IMG/VR virus record: IMGVR_UViG_3300048611_000087
Coordinates: 1-27,152 of that record
Length of the DNA: 27,152 nt
Direction: 5' to 3' (one strand)
Source of the DNA: a virus
Taxonomy: Duplodnaviria > Caudoviricetes
Shown: positions 17,069 through 24,579 of the stretch, piece by piece
Position numbering within the stretch: the first letter of the stretch is position 1
How the letters are laid out: each line of letters begins with the position of its first letter
Program-made: the position numbers and the translations under genes
The notes under the pieces: generated by a model
Seen by the model: only the letters and a program-made list of their open reading frames with translations
Databases searched by the model: none
Told to the model about the DNA's origin: nothing

Positions 17069-18538
17069 TTATGCGGACACTAATTGGACAGCCCAACGTT
17101 CCGCGTTAGTGAGTTGTCCACCTAACCGGCGTCTCATGATATACAAAACTCTGTCCTGACGCGCTTCCGACCCACCTAAAAACCGTTCAACTGTCATCCC
17201 CACCCGCTCAACAATTCGATACCCAGTTGGATCACCGAACATCAAAGGGTAAGTTCCTGCCGCAACGGAAGGCATAACTTCTTGCTCCAAGAAAGGACGG
17301 CCCAATAGCATATCAGGCTTACCTTCCTGGTAGGATGGTTGCCACAGATATTGACCCATACCATCCTTAAACTTCCGAATAACGGCGGCTGTTGAGCGAT
17401 TAGCGACAAACACACCTCTGCCTCTATACTGTGAAGCGATACCGTACTGTAGATCAATAACGCCATCTGCGGTCAAGGCGGCAGCAGAACCACTATTTAC
17501 TGTGGTCACTCCGGTTTCAGGGGTCGTTCCGGCAATCAGAATACCTCTGGGAACTCCTGCACCCGTACCGGTGATAAACCGATTATCTTCGTCAATTCCT
17601 TGGGCCTCAGCGTAAGCAGTAGCTAATTCATCAACGATGTCAACCGCCGCATCTTCAAGCAAGCTACGACTGAGGTACGTTTCAGCCATAACCGTATTGA
17701 CGCTGATTTGCTCTTGACCCCAGGTGAGGTCAGTAGCAGCAGCACCGGCGGCGGGAACTTCATCCACCCAGGTCACCCTCACACTTGTAGTGTACTGGGT
17801 ATTGCCGCCTGTCAGTTTGGGTAAGCTGATACGATCACGGGTGGTCTGAGTTATGGTAGCCCGTCCTCGCATAATGACAAACCCCACCAACCGGCGGATA
17901 ATCTCGGTTTGAAAGTCAATCGGCACAACAAGGCCGCCTAGTTCATCCACTGCCTCGATAAGGGTCTTTTGCATCCCCCTAACGTCAATTCCACCGGCAA
18001 TGGCTGATTTAGCTTGCGCTGGGCCAATAACAATCTTTTTCAAAATCTTGGTATCAGCCGCATCCGGTTCACTTCGGTAACGACGGAGGTAACGGACAAA
18101 AGCGTCATACTGTTCTAACCGTTCCTGACGATAGTTCTTACCATGCAGGTCTTGAAGAACAGCGATGACAGCATCGTCCTCATCCTTAAACCGCAAGCGG
18201 TAAATATTCTTGGCAGAAATATCCTCATCCGGTTCATCCTGTCCCCCGTGAGGAGTACCGTTGATCGGGGGGTCAATGTCAGAACCAGCGGGCAAACCAG
18301 CGGGCAAACGACCTTCACGCATAGCGGCTTTTTTCTCTCCCAACCGTTGGGCCATCTCTAGCCCCTCTTTTAACTTGTCGGCCTCGGAACGGATTTCATC
18401 GGCGGATGTCTCGTGTTCTGCCGCCTTATCAGCATCTCCTGCTTCTACTGCTTTAATCGCCAAATTGTATAGGGCATCGGCTTCTTGATTCAACTGGGTT
18501 ACTTTATCTCTAGTTGCCTGAAAATCCTTAATATTCAT
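17069..18538 (-). CDS. Major capsid protein, HK97 family, with N-terminal coiled-coil scaffold (delta) domain
   Basis: 'GGLVVPIDFQTEII', 'SRSLLEDAAVD', 'GTGAGVPRGI', 'KFKDGMGQYLWQP', 'LLGRP', 'FGD'. Confidence 0.96.
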   Translation of the reverse strand: MNIKDFQATRDKVTQLNQEADALYNLAIKAVEAGDADKAAEHETSADEIRSEADKLKEGLEMAQRLGEKKAAMREGRLPAGLPAGSDIDPPINGTPHGGQDEPDEDISAKNIYRLRFKDEDDAVIAVLQDLHGKNYRQERLEQYDAFVRYLRRYRSEPDAADTKILKKIVIGPAQAKSAIAGGIDVRGMQKTLIEAVDELGGLVVPIDFQTEIIRRLVGFVIMRGRATITQTTRDRISLPKLTGGNTQYTTSVRVTWVDEVPAAGAAATDLTWGQEQISVNTVMAETYLSRSLLEDAAVDIVDELATAYAEAQGIDEDNRFITGTGAGVPRGILIAGTTPETGVTTVNSGSAAALTADGVIDLQYGIASQYRGRGVFVANRSTAAVIRKFKDGMGQYLWQPSYQEGKPDMLLGRPFLEQEVMPSVAAGTYPLMFGDPTGYRIVERVGMTVERFLGGSEARQDRVLYIMRRRLGGQLTNAERWAVQLVSA

Positions 18539-18550
18539 GATAACAAACTC

Positions 18551-20194
18551 CTACGGTTGTAACGTTAAGGTTTTCTTCTTCAGCCGGAGACGTTGCACAT
18601 AGGATGACCTCTCATCCTCTCCAATTGCACATTGATCACACAAAACTGATTTTAGAAAATTTAGTACGTCCTCGCCCATATTTTTAACGGATGCCAACTC
18701 ATTGATGGTTAACATCCGAGGTTCGGCTGGTGTAACGGTTAAGGCGTCCGCCTTTAACCCCCATTGTATAATTTCCCCATCCTTGGACTTCTCAACCAAC
18801 GATGGAACTGCCTCAGACGAAGTTCCAAGGCTAATGATACCTTCTTCTTGTAGTTGTCGAAGGGCTTCCAAATACTTGTTTTGGCGGTTGAGTACACGTT
18901 CAACAAACAATCCTATATCATCTGATTGGGCCGTTGCCTTATACAGCACTCTACCTAGCGGCTCATCGGATTTAGGGCCGACTTTATCAGGCCACAAACC
19001 ATGTTCCCAATCCTCTATTAAGGTATCTGTTTTAGTATACTCGGATTCAAATACAGTGTTTTTGGTAAAATGCTCCCCTGTCAAGTCTCTTCCATCCCAC
19101 AATACCATATAGTTGCCGACCTTCCACTCTTCGTCAGTCAATTCAATTGTTTTCAATTGGTTGGCAGTTTGCAGACCAGTCTTGAGGGATAACTGAATAG
19201 CCTTCTTAGCCTGGGCAGCGGTGAATGTTCCCACACTGCGTAGGTAATTGTTGTCAGGAGGTATGGGCATCCATTCCATAGTGCCTGGTTGACCTTCTCT
19301 AGCAATGACAAGTTCCTTATCGTTAAGGACAGTGTATTCAAACTTCCATACCACGTTGTCATAATGAACAAGGAAGTAATCATCAAAGACTTCCTGTACC
19401 CAAAAATCCCATTCGTCAATTCCTGAGAATGAAACCTGCTCATAAAACGCATCCGCAATAGCCTTGCGCCTTTGGTCAAAACTCATCTCCGACCATAGCA
19501 TAGATTTCCAGGTTTTCTCTTCCTCATCCTCTGTGTTGGCCTTATCACACATTGCACCCAGTTTACACGACATATCATGTATATCCTGGATATTACGACT
19601 ATCCATCCTATTGTTTCTTGCCCCGGCTTTACCATTGCTTTTGGTCATTATGATGTCTCCAATATGAGAATAGTCTATCCTCATTCCTGGGTCTGTGTCT
19701 CTGTTCTCTCCATCATTCCGCCAAATTAAAGTAACTTTATTCAGCGGAAATGAGAAGTTATCTCCTGTAGGTATTTCAATTACTTCATCCTTGTTTATCT
19801 TTTTCAGGGTGATATGAGGTTGATAACCGTGATCGGTAGAAAACTCAATCCCCCTAGCCTCCAACGAATTGAGTAAAGTCATTCTCATCTGAGGCAAACC
19901 AACTACGTCAGGTAATAGCAGGAGAACATCCTCTCCCTCTGTGCCATCTGCATTTTGTCGGTTAATGAAAAATCTACCCATTCCATTAACTTCCCCTTCC
20001 ATTGGGGCGAATGTCTCGGTCATATCAATGAGGATGGATTGAACATCAACATACTGTTTCTCATCTACCTCAGGCAGATAAGCAACAGTGATATGTAGCT
20101 CCTCAGGAAGCTCACCACCTGGAACGGCTATTTGTTCAGCCGTCTCTTGGTCGAGGAAATATGCAATGAAACAACTACCCGCCATTATACCCAT
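18551..20194 (-). CDS. Fusion of an N-terminal 2H-phosphoesterase (LigT/Acb1-like) domain, a linker and an HK97-type prohead protease
   Basis: HITV (H34) and HITL (H127) motifs. C-terminal 'RDLTGEHF..DWEHG..DDIGLFVE..LGTSSEA..ALTVTPAEPR'. Directly upstream of the major capsid gene. Confidence 0.85.
   Translation of the reverse strand: MGIMAGSCFIAYFLDQETAEQIAVPGGELPEELHITVAYLPEVDEKQYVDVQSILIDMTETFAPMEGEVNGMGRFFINRQNADGTEGEDVLLLLPDVVGLPQMRMTLLNSLEARGIEFSTDHGYQPHITLKKINKDEVIEIPTGDNFSFPLNKVTLIWRNDGENRDTDPGMRIDYSHIGDIIMTKSNGKAGARNNRMDSRNIQDIHDMSCKLGAMCDKANTEDEEEKTWKSMLWSEMSFDQRRKAIADAFYEQVSFSGIDEWDFWVQEVFDDYFLVHYDNVVWKFEYTVLNDKELVIAREGQPGTMEWMPIPPDNNYLRSVGTFTAAQAKKAIQLSLKTGLQTANQLKTIELTDEEWKVGNYMVLWDGRDLTGEHFTKNTVFESEYTKTDTLIEDWEHGLWPDKVGPKSDEPLGRVLYKATAQSDDIGLFVERVLNRQNKYLEALRQLQEEGIISLGTSSEAVPSLVEKSKDGEIIQWGLKADALTVTPAEPRMLTINELASVKNMGEDVLNFLKSVLCDQCAIGEDERSSYVQRLRLKKKTLTLQP
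19314..19329. promoter_or_regulatory. One-mismatch palindrome copy TCCTTATCGTTAAGGA
   Basis: 16-bp near-palindrome inside the protease gene. Confidence 0.5.
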
Positions 20195-20447
20195 CCATCA
20201 AAGTAGCTTTAAGATCAGCCATCCTATTTAGACTAATTTTGATAGGTTGACCTACCATAGGAACTCCGGGGTTATCCTGAAGATGATCTAAAATAGCTTG
20301 GGTATACTCTGGCGGCACTCTATACCCACCTAGCTCCTCGGGCTGCTCTAGGAAAATTGTATTCCTACCCTCCCAAAGAATTTGTGGACATAATATCATA
20401 GACATAACAAACTTACAAGAAGTCCCTAGAAATTCTCTTCGGTTCAT
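20175..20447 (-). CDS. 90-aa protein with twin-arginine-like N-terminus and a capsid-like motif
   Basis: MNRREFLG...; 'EELGGYRVPPEYTQAILDHL'. Confidence 0.7.
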   Translation of the reverse strand: MNRREFLGTSCKFVMSMILCPQILWEGRNTIFLEQPEELGGYRVPPEYTQAILDHLQDNPGVPMVGQPIKISLNRMADLKATLMDGYNGG

Positions 20448-20450
20448 TTC

Positions 20451-20915
20451 TCACCCTTCCCAATCTTTCGGTAGTTTAACCTGCGGTTTAATTCCTACTT
20501 CTTTCATCTGGATTAACAGTGTGTCGATAATTTCTACATACTCCTTAAGGTAACCTATCACTCCGTCATACCTTTCTCTCAATCTCTCAGAGTGCCGCCT
20601 ACATTCCTGTATAATCTCTTGATGACCTTTTGCATCTTCCAATAAATCCTCAATCTCGCCTTGGGCGGCAGCAAGTTGAGCCATCAAATCAACATTAGCC
20701 CTGACCAACCTCTCCCTTTCGTTTGTTAATGATTCTTCCATCTGTCGAAGTAGTTGCATCGCCTTATCTGCAATCAACGCAGATGCCTCTACTTCTCTAT
20801 ATTCTGCCTCAACTTCAATCTTTTTCTTTTCCGGTCTCAATTTCTGGTAGGCTGTCCAGGCTATCAGAAACCCGCCGATAGTGCCTATTAAACTTAGCAA
20901 TAATTCCAGTGTCAT
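20451..20915 (-). CDS. N-terminal TM plus long coiled-coil membrane protein
   Basis: Hydrophobic residues ~3-22 followed by heptad-rich helix; architecture like lysis-accessory proteins. Confidence 0.75.
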   Translation of the reverse strand: MTLELLLSLIGTIGGFLIAWTAYQKLRPEKKKIEVEAEYREVEASALIADKAMQLLRQMEESLTNERERLVRANVDLMAQLAAAQGEIEDLLEDAKGHQEIIQECRRHSERLRERYDGVIGYLKEYVEIIDTLLIQMKEVGIKPQVKLPKDWEG

Positions 20916-21216
20916 CTATATTATTACCTTTATCTTGGTGATGTACCAAACACGGCTTTATGGCCCATAGCAGAGGTAATAATATCATAATCAAGATTGA
21001 GACTAAAGGCCGTCTTATGTAAGGATTCAAAATGTTAGGTTCTATCAATCCCATACCTTCCGCAATATACGATAAAATGAATAAGACCAATACGATGATT
21101 ACTGACATAAACCAAAATTTGAAATCCTTACTTACCTCAAAATACAATTGAAGCAGAAATCCCACCACAATGATAGGTACAACTGTCGCCAAAATTAAAG
21201 AGAACCAATAAGACAC
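20815..21216 (-). CDS. 3-TM membrane protein
   Basis: Three strongly hydrophobic segments. GTG start coupled to the upstream TAG. Confidence 0.65.
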   Translation of the reverse strand: MSYWFSLILATVVPIIVVGFLLQLYFEVSKDFKFWFMSVIIVLVLFILSYIAEGMGLIEPNILNPYIRRPLVSILIMILLPLLWAIKPCLVHHQDKGNNIDDTGIIAKFNRHYRRVSDSLDSLPEIETGKEKD

Positions 21217-21914
21217 TATTCTTCCTCTACCACCACAATATCTTTAGGATTGATTAAAGGATTCCATTCAGAAGCTCTCCCTACACATGTGTCACAATGT
21301 TTTGCCCCTGCCTCTAACGTCCAGTAGGACTCCCATTGCGTATCTGTCTCTATGTGTCTCCAATGACACCTATCCCGACTCATACATATAGTTGATCCAT
21401 CACCAGGATAAGCAGGCAAAACCAGAGTGCCGCCTGAGATTAACTCTGTTTTACCTCTCTCATACATTTGAGAAGAGGAATCAGTGTACAACCCCATTCG
21501 ATTGGCTACTACCCTGAACTGGTTCTCAGTGTACCTCCCCGCCGCCAATTCTAACATAAACTGATTGGCGTATACATATTGCTTCTTGATAGCCGCTCCT
21601 AAGATGCCCCAATCCCTCTGGTTCATATTGGCACGTCCGCCTTTCGCCATGATGTATTGGACGGTATAAACACGTACCAAGTTTCTCTTAAATTGGCGCT
21701 CGAAGGTTGCTATGTCAATCTCACGATTAAACAACTTTTGAGATAGCTCTAGGTTAATCTGCTTCTCCTTAGCCAAATACTGATCGCGCTCCTCCACCAT
21801 CCTGCTTGTGCCGACAAACTGCCCGTTATCCTTCCTTCGGAATCGCTTTGCTATAGCATCCCAAAAAAAGAAGGGAGAAGTCTTTACTGCGATGGCCGGA
21901 GCGTTATACAACAT
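21216..21914 (-). CDS. Head morphogenesis/minor capsid protein (Mu gpF/SPP1 gp7-like, Cys/His-rich C-terminus)
   Basis: 'LPAYPGDGSTICMSRDRCHW' and 'WTLEAGAKHCDTC..ASEWNP'. Located between portal and protease. Confidence 0.65.
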   Translation of the reverse strand: MLYNAPAIAVKTSPFFFWDAIAKRFRRKDNGQFVGTSRMVEERDQYLAKEKQINLELSQKLFNREIDIATFERQFKRNLVRVYTVQYIMAKGGRANMNQRDWGILGAAIKKQYVYANQFMLELAAGRYTENQFRVVANRMGLYTDSSSQMYERGKTELISGGTLVLPAYPGDGSTICMSRDRCHWRHIETDTQWESYWTLEAGAKHCDTCVGRASEWNPLINPKDIVVVEEE

Positions 21915-21917
21915 CGT

Positions 21918-22241
21918 TTAAGTTTGCCCCACCAGATAAGCCGATAAAGGATCAGGAGTAGTTGAGCTACCTAATATAGCCCGTAGTTGCACACCCGGAG
22001 GATATTCCCACATGACCAAGGCGGCATTACCTGTAGCTGTCATATTGGTTGTACCGTCTTTTTGTTTGGCAGTGTGCCAAGTTGTGCCGCTATCAACCGA
22101 CACTTGCACTGTCACTGTGCCGCCCCCAAAATCATCACTTTGAATAAAAACTGCTTTTGGGCCGCCACTTAAGTTAACAGCGTCCCCATTAGTATCCTCT
22201 TCCACCGCATCAAGCAATGTAATCACAATTTCACTCTCCAT
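21918..22241 (-). CDS. Small beta-sandwich, probable virion protein
   Basis: 'GGGTVTVQVSVDSGTTW' and 'QLRAIL'. AGGAG RBS. Confidence 0.65.
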   Translation of the reverse strand: MESEIVITLLDAVEEDTNGDAVNLSGGPKAVFIQSDDFGGGTVTVQVSVDSGTTWHTAKQKDGTTNMTATGNAALVMWEYPPGVQLRAILGSSTTPDPLSAYLVGQT

Positions 22242-22546
22242 TCTCCTATCACTGATCTGGTTTGGCCGTCATCCAGGTCAAACGTAATCCTGACCTTATA
22301 CACATATCCTAGCCTTAAGGCAGTACCAATCAGGTTGAATGTAATCTCCTGATCACTAATCGTAGGAGCGCCTCCTGATGCCGCCGTAATGATATTATCA
22401 TTGGCATCAAAAACCTCCATAGTAGTAGGAGTAGCAGGTACACCCCAATCGGTAGGGACATTGATCACCCATTCCCTATCCTCATTGCTCCCTATCTCTC
22501 TAGGAGAGCCTTTCATTCTGCGGACATCTTCGGTTAATACAGTCAT
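22223..22546 (-). CDS. Small Ig-like beta protein (fibre-adaptor-like), probable virion protein
   Basis: 'EDREWVINV..DWG' and 'GYVYKVRITFDLDDGQTR'. Confidence 0.6.
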   Translation of the reverse strand: MTVLTEDVRRMKGSPREIGSNEDREWVINVPTDWGVPATPTTMEVFDANDNIITAASGGAPTISDQEITFNLIGTALRLGYVYKVRITFDLDDGQTRSVIGEWRVKL

Positions 22547-22656
22547 AGCTCTATAGTCGAATTATCAGGATTAAGTTCAATTAAATCATCGTTTGACGCG
22601 TCGTGTAGCTCGATAGTGGATTCGTCTGGGTTTAACTCAATCTCTTCATCTGCCAT
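22543..22656 (-). CDS. 37-aa acidic repeat micro-protein (absent from ORF track)
   Basis: MADEEIELNPDESTIELHDASNDDLIELNPDNSTIEL*. GGGGG upstream; ATGA-coupled to the next gene. Confidence 0.72.
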   Translation of the reverse strand: MADEEIELNPDESTIELHDASNDDLIELNPDNSTIEL

Positions 22657-22706
22657 TCGCAACCCCCATAAAATTGGCATCTAACAGTCATTACATTCTC
22701 ATTCAT

Positions 22707-22735
22707 TTGACATATTCATTCTGATTCAATATAAT
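22707..22735 (+). promoter_or_regulatory. Consensus sigma70 promoter, antisense to the structural operon
   Basis: TTGACA (22707-22712), 17-nt spacer, TATAAT (22730-22735). Confidence 0.85.
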
Positions 22736-22756
22736 ATCTGTATTAAGTAAGCCCAA
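22728..22756 (-). promoter_or_regulatory. Possible overlapping minus-strand promoter
   Basis: TTGGGC-17 nt-TATATT on the minus strand; its -10 overlaps the plus-strand -10. Confidence 0.4.
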
Positions 22757-22846
22757 TCTCGTATCTACGAAAGAGGGGCTAGGGTGAAGTAATCGCACCG
22801 CTAAGGATTTAATCCTTGAAAACCCAATTCTTAAGGATTGGGTTGA
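22742..22846 (+). ncRNA. Candidate structured small RNA or 5' leader of an antisense transcript
   Basis: Follows the perfect promoter, has no ATG ORF, and contains four consecutive inverted repeats: 22750-22780, 22783-22799, 22803-22817, 22821-22844. Confidence 0.5.
22819..22844 (-). terminator. Possible intrinsic terminator after the CHAT-like gene
   Basis: AACCCAATccttaagaATTGGGTT hairpin 2 nt after TAA, ending GGGTTTT (short U tract). Confidence 0.45.
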
Positions 22847-23434
22847 TTACACTCTTACATACGCCTTAAACTCTAATGTGTCTGCGGTTGCTTTAACCCT
22901 TTCAGAATGACCTAATACGACATCCAAGCCAAACCATTTCTTGATACCTTTCTTGGCGCGGGTCAGGGATTTGAGAGGGTCTAATCCTTTTTCCATTGAT
23001 TTCCTGAATAGGTATGCTAGTTGGGATGCCCCCACGGTTGACCCCACAGTCCAGTTTTTACCTTCCCCACCTATAACATAACTCGCGCCCGCATCTAACA
23101 AAGCGTCTAACATGGGACTGTCATCATCCCCCAAATAGCAATTTAAGGCGAACACGACCGCATCGCCAAGATCGACTTTACGTATTGTCTCTGCCCTCAA
23201 TGCAGGTACTTGAAATGACAGATTCTTTAGACCAAAAATATCTTGTGTGGTCGTCTCAAACCAATAAGGTTCACCCGGCTCACCGTGGAGGTCGAATATG
23301 ATTAAGTCCTTGTTCTCCAATAGCCCAGGCTGAAACGTATTGGCAGTAGTTGGGGGGCAGGTAAGCGGAATGACCCCTGCCGCCCTCCGTGTTGACTTCT
23401 CAAAAGTTGCCCCGCAGTAGGCGAAAACTCTCAT
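22847..23434 (-). CDS. Clan CD (CHAT/caspase/gingipain-like) cysteine protease domain protein
   Basis: 'DLIIFDLHG' (H50), 'VVFALNCYLG' (C99), then 'MLDALLDAGASYVIG', matching the caspase-hemoglobinase fold pattern. Confidence 0.75.
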   Translation of the reverse strand: MRVFAYCGATFEKSTRRAAGVIPLTCPPTTANTFQPGLLENKDLIIFDLHGEPGEPYWFETTTQDIFGLKNLSFQVPALRAETIRKVDLGDAVVFALNCYLGDDDSPMLDALLDAGASYVIGGEGKNWTVGSTVGASQLAYLFRKSMEKGLDPLKSLTRAKKGIKKWFGLDVVLGHSERVKATADTLEFKAYVRV

Positions 23435-23437
23435 TAC

Positions 23438-24283
23438 TTAATCAGACCCTATAGCACAATAATGAGCCACAATCCCTGTAGTACCTGCGTCAAATGGGGC
23501 TGTTGCTCCACCGGTCAAACTGGTTAAAGTAAAGGTAGTTGTAGTTGGGGCTGATGCGTACAGAAATGCCGCCGTCGTAACAGGGGCGGTTACTTGGATT
23601 GCTAATACCTGTGATACCACACTCATGGCGGTGACATCAATGGTAGTACTCGCTGTAAACGTTGAGGTAGTAGCACAAACTATCTCAACATTTGAGCCGG
23701 CATTACCTAACGGGTACAAAGGAGTAGCCCCAAAGGTTAGTAATCCATTGACATCCACTGTAGCAGCAAAATCAGAGGCCCCATCAAAGTTAGTCGCCCC
23801 ATCAACCTCAAGCGTACCTTCTACATAAGCATCTTCACCGTTAAGCGTAGTATCAGGCGTTCCATTACCTACTGCAAGATTGCCGGTAAGGATTTGAAAT
23901 CTGCCTGTAGCCGCCCCTAGGGTAGTAGTGATAGTGTCATCAAATGAAGCTACAGAAGTAGTATCAGCATCCGCATCCCAAGTAAGGGTATTTCCGTTCA
24001 GGTCAAAACCAGCATCCCCGATGAACGTTGCACCTGATTGGATGTTCAGTGTACCACCGCTTTGTACCTCAACCTCACACCCTGAACTGGCTACAAACTT
24101 AGCCCCGCCCTGCTCAAAGTAGCAAGGGACATTGGATGTACGGGCTATTGCTTCCTCTTCACCCACGCTGAGGAAATTGATACCTAATGCCGCCGATGAT
24201 ATAACACTCAAGCCTAAAGCTACGGCGGCTATAATCTTCCACATTTTATCCCATTTTGCTTGCACATTTTCAAACTGTGTCAT
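23438..24283 (-). CDS. Head-fibre-like beta-repeat protein with N-terminal TM/signal helix
   Basis: Start MTQFEN (TAAGGAG RBS). TM segment 'IIAAVALGLSVISSAALGINFL', then 'YFEQGGAKFV..EVQSGGTLNIQSGA' and 'AYVEGTLEVDGATNFDG' repeats. Confidence 0.6.
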   Translation of the reverse strand: MTQFENVQAKWDKMWKIIAAVALGLSVISSAALGINFLSVGEEEAIARTSNVPCYFEQGGAKFVASSGCEVEVQSGGTLNIQSGATFIGDAGFDLNGNTLTWDADADTTSVASFDDTITTTLGAATGRFQILTGNLAVGNGTPDTTLNGEDAYVEGTLEVDGATNFDGASDFAATVDVNGLLTFGATPLYPLGNAGSNVEIVCATTSTFTASTTIDVTAMSVVSQVLAIQVTAPVTTAAFLYASAPTTTTFTLTSLTGGATAPFDAGTTGIVAHYCAIGSD

Positions 24284-24291
24284 TTCTTTCT

Positions 24292-24305
24292 CCTTAATAT
24301 TAAGG
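24292..24305. promoter_or_regulatory. Perfect 14-bp palindrome CCTTAATATTAAGG overlapping an RBS
   Basis: One arm is part of the TAAGGAG Shine-Dalgarno of the gene starting at 24283. Confidence 0.62.
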
Positions 24306-24318
24306 CTCATTGAGCCTA

Positions 24319-24579
24319 TTAGTCGCTTGTATGTACTTCAAAACTTCTTGGTTCAACTACTACCTTACCATTGCGGGCGGCTACTTTATTCGCTACTTTA
24401 ATATTCTTCTCAGGGATGAAATAATGAGCCGCCAATCCCCCTAACACTACCGCCCCTGTAGCGGATGAGGGATCAATAGTCAACCCGAACAATGATACCA
24501 CCCACATGATAAAAGCCACAATACCACTTCCCGCAACAGAAGAAAACCATTTCGATTCAGGCATCCAATCGTTAAACAT
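24319..24579 (-). CDS. Holin-like 2-TM membrane protein, 86 aa
   Basis: Start moved to MFNDWMPESKW (ATG 24579, AAGGGAG upstream). Two hydrophobic segments and a basic tail. Confidence 0.6.
   Translation of the reverse strand: MFNDWMPESKWFSSVAGSGIVAFIMWVVSLFGLTIDPSSATGAVVLGGLAAHYFIPEKNIKVANKVAARNGKVVVEPRSFEVHTSD

Noticed and set aside
22800-22850. CRISPR mini-array
   Set aside because: Only short TAAGGATT repeats and palindromes; no repeat-spacer-repeat periodicity.
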